A DNA stretch of 64,000 nucleotides from Amphiscolops sp. MND2022 (lineage: Eukaryota), in the NCBI GenBank assembly GCA_964187785.1, contig OZ076409.1, positions 65,226,001 to 65,290,000 on the forward strand, in the 5' to 3' direction. The stretch's first letter is position 1. Every line of letters starts with the position of its first letter. Of the stretch, positions 1 through 12,395 are shown in pieces. The position numbers and the translations under genes were made by a program. The notes beneath the pieces were generated by a model, which had not been told where the DNA came from, did no database searches, and was given only the letters and a program-made list of their open reading frames with translations.

Positions 1-1838
1 TGTACTAGATTTCTTTTTGTCAGATTTTTCAGTGATTTGTTGGTTCCCTCGGCCAATCCTGTGCCGGTATGTAGAATTGGCGTACCGTAACGTTGGATTA
101 CACTATGTTCATTACAGAAGCTTTTGTATACTTTGGAGATGAACGTATGCGTTTTTTATATAGTTGTTGCTAAGGGTCGTGATTGGTGTTTAATCCCAAA
201 CTGCCTGCGTCTATTTTCATCTACAGCGACTATTACAACTGGGGAGGATGTGAGAGAATCTTTATTCAAATTTCACGTTGAGTCTCTATGAACTTCTTTT
301 GAGTTTTTTGGCAGTTTAATCCTTGATTTTTCATTGCTATTAATTTGGTGTGTTAAATTCTTACCGGTATTCAGGTAGGTGGAGCAGGTATTTGATTTTC
401 TCTCAATGTCGGACTGCATGCACGGCCACCAGAAGATTACTGCATCACTGCACATTTCAATTATTCCTGCGTGGCTGAAATAAAGTGCCGCGTAGCATTG
501 ACTTTTTGTGATGATGATGCGGTCGACGACCATCGTAATCCCTGACGGTGTAAACCTTTGTGGCCACTTGATAGACGTCTGGGATTCGTTGCATGTTGTT
601 GTCTTCCAGACAGCTTTGCAGCTCGGTCCAACGCGGGTCCACTGTTGTTTTTCTGTTTAAAGTTTCCTGATTGAGCATAAGATCTAACTCGGCGGATAGG
701 ATGTTTCTTCAATCGGTCCGTCGCGGTATTTTTAAACGGGGGCTCCTGTGTAGGCTCCAAGTGTTGTAATTGGCGCTTCCGGAGTCGACGAGACAGTAAA
801 TTCGGTGTGCTCTGTAAGTTTTTGTATTCTCATTGCCTCCGGATTGGGTTCGATTGATGATACTGGCCTTGACCATGTTTCATTGCTGAAATCCTTGCGG
901 CATTCATCTTTTATCCGTAGCTCGATGTGGCGTCTCTTTTTTTTCATTGATACCTGCATCAACGGGTCTTTGGGGACTGAAATCTCATTAACCAGTTTCT
1001 TGTGCCATTTGTGGCGCATGCAGCCCGGTTTCGTCAACTCGATTCTCCTTTCCACGAGCTCTCTAACCTCGGGGAACCATCTTTTCTGCTAATTTTGTTC
1101 ATTATCTTGTCTTCTGCAACCCAGTGAAAAATTGACCTGCCGTCTCTCAAGAATCTCCCCGGATTTTGTCGGTTGTTAATTTTGTCGTTCGTTCTTGAAT
1201 GTGAATAATCAATGTTTACGGTGTTGATCTGATTAGCAGTCAGTTGTGTACGAGAATGGTGCTTGTTTGTTTAGCAGCGGTGCGTACCAGCTTGCGTGCG
1301 CTTATCATGCATGCTTGCCGTCTGGTCAGTGTTCGCGCCTTCTTATTGGCTGAAAATTAGTCGCACATGGCCTTATGCCGTTGCAAGTCGCGATGGAGTT
1401 AATGACAAACTTTTCTTCGTAATTATCTTCCGCTTTCGCGTTTTTTGTTGGCTCACCGCTTGCAAAATCAGTAAATTTGATTTTTTGTCAACTGCGTACT
1501 TCAGAGTATTGTCGAGCTGATTTAATCTGTCTAGGTATCGTGTTCATCGAGCGCTATACTGTTTAATCCTTTTTTTCGGTAGCAGTTGTATGGCTTGGTG
1601 GTCGGAGCGTAGTTGGAGTTATTTCCCGTACAACAGAAATCTGAATCGCTCGAGGCCTCCAACTACCGCTAACAAATCCTGGTTAACCGACGGAATTTTT
1701 CCTTTCTGAATCGTTAAGGTATCGGCTGGTAAAAACGATGGGTTTTAGTTCACCGATAATTTTTGTTTGCCGCCATAGTTCCATTCCGAGTCCGGTGTTG
1801 CAGGCGTTTGTTCTGGCGATATTTTCTTTGTTACGGTT

Positions 1839-2365
1839 CTTCTTCTTTCGTGTCGTCATCTCAAAAGTCCAGCAACTCCTTTTTCCAACCATTGAACTTA
1901 GTTGGGTCGAGCCTCAAAACACCTTGTTTTCCAGAGGGGGTTTTGAGACATTTGCATTGTGACAGTATGTGCTCGGCTGTTTTGGGGGGCTTCACAACAG
2001 ATGCAAGTAGGGTCAACAGTGAGGCCCCATTTCTCCAGGCAGGTTCTAAAGCACCCATAGCCCCTGCGTAGCCTGTTCAGGTGGCACCAAGCTGGTCTGA
2101 ACAGGTGGGCTCCAATGGGGAGATCAACAACCCCCTGCGATGTGTGTGAACTAGCTACCAAAAACGTAGCTAAGAAAGTCATGAGGGATCCTAATCATAT
2201 CATGCGCGAAATACGAACATCGGTAGAGATACGAACATCGGTTGAGATTGTCATCACGACATCCCATCTATCACAACCTGCAGAGCACTACAGATGATAG
2301 CAGCTAACCTATCGACAAATGGCGGCACATGTGGAGTGATTCCAGCTTCAACCTCAAGAACTTTG
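1839..2365 (-). mobile_element. 5'-truncated non-LTR retrotransposon (LINE) insertion with an inverted 5' part, copy 1
   Basis: Minus strand 1860-2140 encodes a LINE ORF2 C-terminus 'RPAWCHLNRLRRGYG..LEKWG...PTCICCEAPQ/TAEHILSQC' followed by a (GAA)n tail. Flanks TTGTTACGGTT (1828-1838) and TTGTTACCGTT (2366-2376) form a 10/11 TSD. The insertion interrupts the Gypsy RT-RNase H junction. Confidence 0.8.
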
Positions 2366-3976
2366 TTGTTACCGTTGAAGTGTTCCTAGCATGTCTGTTT
2401 TGGTATTTTTTGTTTTTAGATCGTTGAAATCTGCTTTTCGTTCTTCCGTCCAATGTCATTTTGTACTTTTTTTTGCTATTAATTTGGGGTGTTAAATTCT
2501 TACCGGTATTCAGGTAGGTGGAGCAGGTATTTGATTTTCTCTCAATGTCGGACTGCATGCACGGCCACCAGAAGATTACTGCATCACTGCACATTTCAAT
2601 TATTCCTGCGTGGCTGAAATAAAGTGCCGCGTAGCATTGACTTTTTGTGATGATGATGCGGTCGACGACCATCGTAATCCCTGACGGTGTAAACCTTTGT
2701 GGCCACTTGATAGACGTCTGGGATTCGTTGCATGTTGTTGTCTTCCAGACAGCTTTGCAGCTCGGTCCAACGCGGGTCCACTGTTGTTTTTCTGTTTAAA
2801 GTTTCCTGATTGAGCATAAGATCTAACTCGGCGGATAGGATGTTTCTTCAATCGGTCCGTCGCGGTATTTTTAAACGGGGGCTCCTGTGTAGGCTCCAAG
2901 TGTTGTAATTGGCGCTTCCGGAGTCGACGAGACAGTAAATTCGGTGTGCTCTGTAAGTTTTTGTATTCTCATTGCCTCCGGATTGGGTTCGATTGATGAT
3001 ACTGGCCTTGACCATGTTTCATTGCTGAAATCCTTGCGGCATTCATCTTTTATCCGTAGCTCGATGTGGCGTCTCTTTTTTTCATTGAGACCTGCATCAA
3101 CGGGTCTTTGGGGACTGAAATCTCATTAACCAGTTTCTTGTGCCATTTGTGGCGCATGCAGCCCGGTTTCGTCAACTCGATTCTCCTTTCCACGAGCTCT
3201 CTAACCTCGGGGAACCATCTTTTCTGCTAATTTTGTTCATTATCTTGTCTTCTGCAACCCAGTGAAAATTTGACCTGCCGTCTCTCAAGAATCTCCCCGG
3301 ATTTTGTCGGTTGTTAATTTTGTCGTTCGTTCTTGAATGTGAATAATCAATGTTTACGGTGTTGATCTGATTAGCAGTCAGTTGTGTACGAGAATGGTGC
3401 TTGTTTGTTTAGCAGCGGTGCGTACCAGCTTGCGTGCGCTTATCATGCATGCTTGCCGTCTGGTCAGTGTTCGCGCCTTCTTATTGGCTGAAAATTAGTC
3501 GCACATGGCCTTATGCCGTTGCAAGTCGCGATGGAGTTGATGACAAACTTTTCTTCGTAATTATCTTCCGCTTTCGCGTTTTTTGTTGGCTCACCGCTTG
3601 CAAAATCAGTAAATTTGATTTTTTGTCAACTGCGTACTTCAGAGTATTGTCGAGCTGATTTAATCTGTCTAGGTATCGTGTTCATCGAGCGCTATACTGT
3701 TTAATCCTTTTTTTCGGTAGCAGCTGTATGGCTTGGTGGTCGGAGCGTAGTTGGAGTTATTTCCCGTACAACAGAAATCTGAATCGCTCGAGGCCTCCAA
3801 CTACCGCTAACAAATCCTGGTTAACCGACGGAATTTTTCCTTTCTGAATCGTTAAGGTATCGGCTGGTAAAAACGATGGGTTTTAGTTCACCGATAATTT
3901 TTGTTTGCCGCCATAGTTCCATTCCGAGTCCGGTGTTGCAGGCGTTTGTTCTGGCGATATTTTCTTTGTTACGGTT

Positions 3977-4503
3977 CTTCTTCTTTCGTGTCGTCATCTC
4001 AAAAGTCCAGCAACTCCTTTTTCCAACCATTGAACTTAGTTGGGTCGAGCCTCAAAACACCTTGTTTTCCAGACGGGGTTTTGAGACATTTGCATTGTGA
4101 CAGTATGTGCTCGGCTGTTTTGGGGGGCTTCACAACAGATGCAAGTAGGGTCAACAGTGAGGCCCCATTTCTCCAGGCAGGTTCTAAAGCACCCATAGCC
4201 CCTGCGTAGCCTGTTCAGGTGGCACCAAGCTGGTCTGAACAGGTGGGCTCCAATGGGGAGATCAACAACCCCCTGCGATGTGTGTGAACTAGCTACCAAA
4301 AACGTAGCTAAGAAAGTCATGAGGGATCCTAATCATATCATGCGCGAAATACGAACATCGGTAGAGATACGAACATCGGTTGAGATTGTCATCACGACAT
4401 CCCATCTATCACAACCTGCAGAGCACTACAGATGATAGCAGCTAACCTATCGACAAATGGCGGCACATGTGGAGTGATTCCAGCTTCAACCTCAAGAACT
4501 TTG
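3977..4503 (-). mobile_element. Same LINE insertion, copy 2 (product of the tandem duplication)
   Basis: Near-identical to 1839-2365, with TSD copies at 3966-3976 and 4504-4514. Confidence 0.8.
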
Positions 4504-5970
4504 TTGTTACCGTTGAAGTGTTCCTAGCATGTCTGTTTTGGTATTTTTTGTTTTTAGATCGTTGAAATCTGCTTTTCGTTCTTCCGTCCAATGTCATTTT
4601 GTACTTTCTTTCTAGATGTCCAGGTGAAGATGTCCGATATGGCGGTCTAGTTCATTTTTCTCATCATCCTGTATTTGGTATGGTATCGTTCATGCTTTCT
4701 GTTGTATTGGATAACATCCCGTTTTTATTTGTACTTTTACTTCAGCATTTTTGATTGTTTGGTTTGTTTCAAAGCTTTACTCGAATTTTGTTTTTTATGG
4801 TTGCTGATTTTATGGTTCCTTCTATGTCCACTGATGTTTTTCTACTGAAAGTGGTAACTGTTTCTGCTAATTAACCCTCATTATGGATGGGATTTTGTAT
4901 CTCTTTGTGATTCGTCTTGGCAATTCCCTTATGGTACTGTTGTGTTCTTATTCCACTCATGTTTTCTTCAAAAGTTTGATTTCGTTTTTGTTTACGTCTT
5001 GATATCTTTCCTTCATCGACTGGGTATCTTCCCTGTCGTGCATTTTTGGGTAATTCGGCATGTTGGTGGCCGCAGAGCCGGTGTCAATGGCGAAGTTTTG
5101 TTAGATCGACACCATAGTGATAGTTGCCGTCCGGTTTTGTTCTGTTTACTTGTGTAATGCTGCGTGTTTCCTCGGGCTCGCTTTCTTTGTCTTTTTGAAA
5201 TCACGTTTTTGCCGAGCACTTGTCTTGGGGTCTCCAATTTTGTTGTCTTCAGAATCAGCAATGGTTCTTTATGTTGTTTTTGGGAGTTCTCGGTGCTGTT
5301 TTTTCTGTTTTTTTTTGGATTGGTTCTTGCTTTATTGCTTTGTATTTTGCCAATTTGTGTGGTGTGGTTGGTGTGTTAGATTGTTTGTGTCATCGGTTTT
5401 AGCTGTTTTGGGTGCCACGTTTACGGTTGTTTTAATTTCCTTAGGTGTTTTGTGACGGATTAGTTTCTCCCGGAGTTTTTTGTCGCTTATTTTTAGTAAT
5501 GAATTTCGATATAAGAAAAACGTTTTGTTGTATGTCTTTGAAATCACAGTTTTTTCCAGGGTTATTACTTTTTTTCCACGTCTATGATAGGTATTACTGT
5601 TCGCAATACAATGATACCGGAATAGTTGGATTATTCTGTCGATTTTGATGGGTCCGATTTGAAATCGCTTTTGATTATTATGTCAAATGATGATGGTCCG
5701 GCGACTCAGATATAATATTGTCTGATCTGCGGTTTTTTTGCATCCCATCTTTCGCCGGTTGGTGTCGTTTCGTCAACTAGTATTTGTTTGATGTCGATGT
5801 TGTGAGCTCTTCTGATATAATGCCGGAATCTTTCGGTCCATTCTTCTGGTGTGTATAAGTTCTTGCCGTCTAATCCGGGTCGTTCCAGGTACGGTAGTTG
5901 TATATTGGTTGCAGTCTTCATGATTGGTTAACATGTCGGAATAAGAAATGAATTAAGTTAAAAACAGGTC

Positions 5971-5985
5971 TCGCTTACTGTGCCA
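5971..5985 (-). promoter_or_regulatory. Candidate primer-binding site of the decayed Gypsy
   Basis: Minus strand reads ...TAACA|TGGCACAGTAAGCGA, a CA LTR end followed by TGG, 50-65 bp upstream of the gag ATG at 5921. Confidence 0.5.
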
Positions 5986-8900
5986 TGTTAAGATCTCTGA
6001 GTCTACGGGTAAAACGATTTGTTATTTGACATTATCTTCAAATGTATACTCGCGAAACTATCTCAACAATGAAACGATCAAACAGTAGCATATACTGAAT
6101 ACCATAAAGTAAGACAGCATTCTATTTAGAGTTTGATAGATAACAACTCTCGGTCGAAGGTTGTTCAGTTTGAATGTAGCAGTTTGACCTCTGCATTCTT
6201 TAAAGTCAACGAATTGATGAGAACAGCCGAAGCAATGCAGACAGTGCAAACTTCAGGGAACCACTTGAATGAACAAGCAGTAGACAAGAAATAGTAAGTT
6301 CACTATTCCTAGCGTTACCACAAGCAGAGAGAAAAAAGCTCTTGTATACGTTTTGAAACATAGAAGTATCGAAAGTAGTACAGTTGTACAGAAACTTTTA
6401 CTGGAAATTCCTTCACTAGTTCTAGTCAATCCTTTTGGCTCATATTTTTGTCCTCGAAAGAGACCCATGTGAAAAATTGCATCATTTCAAGTGCGCATCC
6501 ACAAGACTAGCAGCAATTTCTGATTTGAGTGATCAGACAAAGAAGCTTGTAAAGGACACGTGGAAGCATGAAAAGGTTTGCAATCGCTTATGAAAAAGGA
6601 ATTAGATAATAGAAAATGGAAATTCAAAACCTAAATCAGAACTAGTTTGTTGAAAAACATCATACAACGAACCGAGCCAACAATACGGGCTGAAATTGGG
6701 CCCCAAACCTCAACAACTTTGCTTAGTGGTACTGAAAAAATGTAGACAAGGTGGTGTAGTTATGCAACAAAGTAAGTGCAAAGTAGCACACAACGGCAAC
6801 TACGGCAAAGGTAGAGGAGCATCAAGAGGCGAGTTAAGACAAGTCAAAGAGAATTGAAAAGACCCGCGATTGAAGCACGGTGAGCAACCGAGAAGACAAA
6901 AAAGTAGTGTTATAGTTGAACTATTATTCAATAACACCGGTCAAAATCAAAAGCAAGATAAACAGAAACCATTCGCACCAGATTTAGGATATGTTTTCAC
7001 AAATTTCGTCCCAGAAGGATAACAATTGCTACAAACGAACTCGTTGTTTTTAAACAAGTCGACGAATGCATACGTACACTTAAATTGTAACCAAAAACCT
7101 GCTGTCAATCTACAAGATAAGAAAAATTATTTTTGGAATTTCTGATCAATTCCAAATCAACTTAGTTAAAGTTGTATCCCCGAGCATTATTTTTTGAAAA
7201 ACTTTTTACTTGCGATTTTTTTATTTATCGCATACGCGAAGAAATAATGCGTTTTCTGTTTTTTTGGGCGTGATCTTAGCCGTCTTTAGTTTCGTGGTAC
7301 CGAAGTGTATGTATGTAGTTCCTTGTGTTGAACTTCCAGACGTTTTGACCTTACTGTATCGATTTGATTCACCGGTACTTTTGAACTTTTTGTGGTAAAA
7401 TATTTGAACATAGTCAAAAAGAAATAGGATGAGAAAATTGCCATAGATGTTCCATTTTAATTGAAGGGAAGAAGAAATTGTTTTCTAGCCTAGGTCACAC
7501 TCTCGACTTTTTCGCGATTGTTCAGAATCAGTTGACGAAACTCAACTTTTTTCAAAGATTGTCAGGTCAAATTCAGTGAATTAGGAACTTCAAGCTGTGT
7601 AATATTCAGTTCATAACTTGCATAACTGTTACATGTCCTAAGCACGGTGGTACTAAACCGTGCAAAAAGTTTACTTCATCATCGCGTCAGTTGGCGAACT
7701 GAGTTTCTGGATGAACAACTTTGGTTTGTTACTCCAGTTTTAACGCCGAATCAAACAAAATACCATTCTCGCTGACATTTCCCAAAAAATTTTGGTACCG
7801 GTTGATCTATAGGTTCGAAATTTGAATAGTATTTCTGATTCAGTGACATCTCCATGTTCTGTTTTCAGATTTGTACTTTGGTGATTTCTACATAACCTCT
7901 TTCAACGTGAAATGAATCATCTTGGATGACTAAAAAAAGTAAAGGTTACCCATTAATCAAGAGCATTATATACGGTGCAACGGGTAATCCGAATTACCAC
8001 TTTTTGTCTACTTAGGTTGGTTTTCATTTTTGCTTTTTAAATTTCCTTTTTCATGAGGTATTTTTTCCACTGCATTCGGTCGTTCAACTCTTCCATTTTG
8101 CATTTTTTCATATTAATCATGGTTACGTGAAAGATATTTTCCAACCCGGAAGGCCTATTACGTAAACAGAGGCACGTTCAACCAATTTTAAACATTTGAA
8201 CGATGTTGCTCAGCTTACTGCGGAAAAAGGATGCTTTGGAGCTTCTTACATGGTTCAAAATTATGAGATTAGCAGATCAACTAGGATTTTTTGACTTTCA
8301 TTCTCTGTCTATCTAGCTCATGCCTTATTCCCACTGAAATGAACTCTACTTAGGAAACTGGGACCAAATCGTGAAAAACGGCTGACTGATCATTAATTTT
8401 TCAATTATAATAAAATGCATGAAACAAAATTAAAACAAAAATCTAAATAACTCAACTTTTTCATCAGTCCAGCTGTGAACGGTGGCTATTCCTATCAGGT
8501 ACGGTACACATGAGCATTTTACATTCAAATTCAGTTCAGGAGGAATAAGTTCGGACTGTCTCGCCAGTTGTCAATAGCGAGAGATTTTACAAAATTAATT
8601 GACTGAGAAAATACATCTATCAATACGCTCTCAGCTTAATTGCAAAAAAGAACAAAAATCTAAGTCTCTAACATCAACTCTGCCCATTATAAGGGCGAAA
8701 GGTAGATGACCTGTAGTAAGCATTTACAATTGAGGGAGTTCCAGTTTTCAAAACTACTTTAAAATTTCTAGATGATATTGAGTGCTGTTCAGCAACAGCA
8801 GCCTTCCTCGTCGCCCTTCAGCGCCTGACCAGGACTAAGGGGTGTGTAGTCGTCGTCGTTGTCTGTAGAGTACGAGTTGGCTTGTGCGCCAGCAGTCCAA

Positions 8901-9375
8901 CATGATGCAAGAATTCAGTCAATTTGAGTCGATTTCAGCGTGCTTTCCTTTCCCTTCATGTGCGTGAATGCGTTTGAATTGCTAGATCTTTTCAATAATG
9001 TATTCACGTTGTTGCGCACAAACGGAAAGGCGGCTTTGGTTGTCTCAGCAAATCGATGTCATGATTGCAGATTGTGAGGACAAAGGTGTTGTTATGGTAG
9101 CACTGTAATCAACTCCCGTTCGATATTGGAAATCGGAAGAGCACTATACGTAGCACATAATTCATTCGTGTTTGAGTCTTGAGTTAATTCACGTGATAGA
9201 CAGAAAATTGAGCGTGAAAATAGTTGCATAAATTATTTTGAGGAATTGTTTCTTCTTTCACAAGAGAAAGAAGAAGGCAAGAGAAGCACCATTTTAGAGA
9301 CATAAGCAAGAGCTGCTGCGATCATCGCTTCTTTCGATGAATCGCAGGAATAACTGCTGCCGCCACGGCTGCTTT

Positions 9376-10720
9376 TTAAGCTTCCAGACTTTCCCCAGCG
9401 GGTTGACCAAGCTGGATCTTGTCATCTGAGTTGTAAATGGAAGGTAAGCTGTAATCTTTGCCTAGGGCTGGCATCTTATTTTGGGCAAAAAGCTCGTTTA
9501 TCTTGTCCAGATCCGTGGACGAACTCGGCCTATAAAGATGGTCCGGTTTCAATATCGAGCAGAGTCGTTCGTACGCACTTCCCTGAGCTTGAATAAACTC
9601 TTTGACAGCGAAAACCGGAATGAACATCACGGAAAACGCGGCTGTAGTCCAACCTATGGCTTCGGCCCAAGGGGGAATTGGCTCTCCGTTGTCAAGCAAC
9701 ATTGGCTTGTACAACACGGCGTTGAAGATGAAAATAGTGAACATGGCCAGAGGAGCGGTGAAGGACCAGGTGAACAGCCACCAGAGGGCTCCAGTCACCT
9801 TCTTATCCAGCATGGCTTCGATCTGCAGAATGAGCTTCTTGCCTCCGTAGACGTACACCAGAGCACTCAGTTCGATGAATGATATGACGAAAAGGCTGTA
9901 TGAACAAGAGTAGGTGTCGAACAGGTTAAGCCAGTGGATTCCCGCTTTGGTCACCATCGGGAGGCCGAGGAGGAACATGAGAACGGACACACCGACTGTC
10001 ACCCAAGCTCGTTGTCTCAAAAGAGAAGGAATTCGGTCAACCACAGCAGTGATCACGGTCTCCACCAAGGCCAGCTGACTTCCAAATCCCAAGTTCAACA
10101 GCATGAAGAAAAACAGGAATGCAAAGAGTGCTGATTGAGGCATTCTAGACACTGCGTCCGGGTACACAATGAAAGCGAGACCAGCTCCGCTTTCTACAAC
10201 ATCGTGTATTTCAAGTCCGGCTTCATGAGCCAGATGTCCGATCACGCAGAAAATGACTACACCGGCAATAATACTTGTGGAACAGTTGACAGTGGTGACA
10301 ATCATAGTCATTCGGAGAACATTGTTGTCGAAAGGAGAGTAACTAGCGAGCGTGATTAGAGATCCAAACGCCAGTCCGAGAGAGTAGAAGATTTGGTTGG
10401 CGGCCGTATTCCACACTTCGGGATCCTTCAGTTTAGCCCAGTCTGGAACCAGGTAGAAGTGGAGTCCATCAAAGGCGCCTTCTAGTGTCAATCCGCGCAC
10501 CAGGAGAATGGCGATCACCAAGTACGGAAAGATTGCGGTGAAGTAGGTAATTTTGCCGGAGCTCTTGACACCTTTGATAAGGAACAAGCACACCATGATC
10601 CACGCCACACAAAATGCGATCAACAGCTCGTATTGGAATCCACCGAAGTCTCCCAGCGATTCCGTCTTCTGCAAAACTTGGTCGTTCCAGTAGTTCTCAC
10701 TCATTTTGGCACAAGTATTC
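9376..10720 (-). CDS. SLC6 (neurotransmitter:sodium symporter) amino-acid transporter, last coding exon (TM4-TM12 and C-terminus)
   Basis: Motifs GVKSSGKITYFTAIFPY, WNTAANQIFYSLG, GLAFIVYPDAVSRMP and FFFMLLNLGFGSQ. The acceptor ttttgcatttcag at 10721 joins in frame with the upstream exon (GA|G = Glu). Confidence 0.95.
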
Positions 10721-10889
10721 CTGAAATGCAAAATGGGAGTAACAAATTGTAGAAACGCACCGGCACCGAAGTTTTCGGTGGTTTCCCAAATGACATAAAT
10801 GCAAATAACATAAAAATAAATTAATTCCCAGAAAACATAAAAGTACATTGAATTCCCATTTAACATAAAAATAAAATATTACTATAACG

Positions 10890-11441
10890 TAGTCAGATAT
10901 GTTCACATACCCCTAGTGCCCTAAATGCAGGAGCGAAGCGAAGCGGAGCGACGTGCCATATGGCCATGCCTCAATGTTGCTACTTGGCGAAGGGAGCGAA
11001 GCGACCGAGCCATACAACAAATATGCAAACCTTTTCAAATAAATCAAGTTCCAACATATTGGCTGTAACAATGATTCAGCGCAAGCGAGAAAGTAACGCA
11101 AGGTTGAATTTCAATTTTCAACCAATCAGAAGCGCTTAATTGTTTTATGTTTTCTGGGAATTAATTTATTTTTATGTTATTTGCATTTATGTCGGCGGCT
11201 ATTCACAAGTCCGAAAATAAATTTGGGTTGCACAAGTCCGAAAATGAATTTGGGTTGCAAAAGTCCGAAAATGAATTTGGGTTGCACAAGTCCGAAAAAA
11301 TGCTTCATATTTGTTGTATGGCTCGGTCGCTTCGCTCCCTTCGCCAAGTAGCAACATTGAGGCATGGCCATATGGCACGTCGCTCCGCTTCGCTTCGCTC
11401 CTGCATTTAGGGCACTAGGAGTATGTGAACATAGCTGACTA
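10890..11441. mobile_element. MITE/foldback-like element in the SLC6 intron with inverted arms of about 136 bp
   Basis: 10890-11025 is the near-perfect reverse complement of 11306-11441, with TA at both outer ends. Confidence 0.85.
11204..11298. repeat. 27-bp minisatellite, about 3.5 copies (CACAAGTCCGAAAATRAATTTGGGTTG)
   Basis: Directly visible tandem units. Related AGTCCGAAAA motifs occur in both orientations at about 16960-17320. Confidence 0.9.
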
Positions 11442-11847
11442 GAGGAAATTGAAAAACTCATTTTAAAATTCTTTGAACGGACTTCGTTCCGGTCCGCCCG
11501 CGTCAACCAATCAGATTGCAGAGAACTATACAGTGCTAAGTATTTCTTGTGCTGGATTTCTGAAATCTTATTGGACGGTAAAAATTTAATTTTATTCTTT
11601 CGGACTTGTGACCCGACACCTTTATGTCATTTGCATTTGTCATTTGGGACGTAATCAAGTTTTCGAGATGATATCTGAGATAGCACGCTTCAAAAATTTA
11701 TTTTAATCAAAAATTTATTATTTTAAAAAATCAAAGTTCTGCCCATTAAAATACCATTCCACGCTACAAAAGATGGCTACTGGTCAGTGCAGAAACAAAT
11801 CAAACTACTTAGTCGTATATAATTGGTTCAATTGAGGCTGAACTTAC

Positions 11848-12395
11848 TCTTGGGTATGATTGAGTTTGCTCTCATCTTTGCAATCCTTATCTTCCCATGG
11901 AAGCGGGTCGTTCAGTATCAAAGCCTTGATGGAGTAGAACAAGTAATGCAGAATCCAGGCCACGATGACATTGTAATATATAGAGCAGAAGAAAGAAATT
12001 GCAACCATTGCGTATCCAAGACCAACAAAAGCTTTTGATACGTGCCAAACGCCAAAAGGACCCTGACTTGAAAATTGGCCGATAGACAATTCCAGGAAAT
12101 ACAATGGCATCCCTGCGATAACCAGGAAAAGCAAGTATGGCACCAAGAAAGCTCCGCCGCCGTTTTGATAACATTTGTAGGGAAATCTCCATAAATTGCC
12201 CAATCCTATACTATAGGATATACAGGAAAATAAGAATTCCGTTTTGTTATTCCATTGATCTCGCCGAACTTCAGTCGATGATGCCATGGAAACAGTATCC
12301 GGTTGAGAACCTTCTTCGCTCAATGATTGAGTGGATTTCTTGCCGATTACGGCAATTTGCGTGAAGATTTCTTTTTCCTGTGGTCTGCAATCCAT
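11848..12395 (-). CDS. SLC6 transporter exon encoding the N-terminus and TM1-TM3; spliced CDS from this ATG is 630 aa
   Basis: RDQWNNKTEFLFSCISYSIGLGNLWRFPYKCYQNGGGAFLVPY signature. Donor GA|GTAAGT at 11847, intron 10721-11847. An upstream acceptor ttgcag at 12411 indicates a further 5' exon. Confidence 0.95.

Larger units (their letters stand above)
334..4607. repeat. Head-to-tail tandem duplication, unit about 2.14 kb (334-2472 and 2473-4607)
   Basis: Near-identical sequence at an offset of 2138-2139 with only a handful of substitutions and indels; the ORF track repeats accordingly. Confidence 0.95.
1..5985 (-). mobile_element. Decayed Ty3/Gypsy LTR retrotransposon (gag-pol remnants), partly duplicated in tandem
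   Basis: Minus-strand fragments: gag-like N-terminus (5706-5921, 'YTPEEWTERFRHYIRR'), RNase H-like 'ARTNACNTGLG...LKPIVFTSRYLNDSERK' (1683-1892) and integrase zinc-finger-like 'HAGI...FWWPCMQSDIERKSNTCST' (273-533). Many stops and frameshifts. Confidence 0.8.

Noticed and set aside
10721..10866. N-terminal extension of ORF 9376-10866 as real coding sequence
   Set aside because: It is intron sequence upstream of the splice acceptor at 10721; the true upstream exon is 11848-12395.
11204..11298. 27-bp repeats as a CRISPR array
   Set aside because: The units are contiguous with no unique spacers, there are no cas genes, and the context is a eukaryotic intron.
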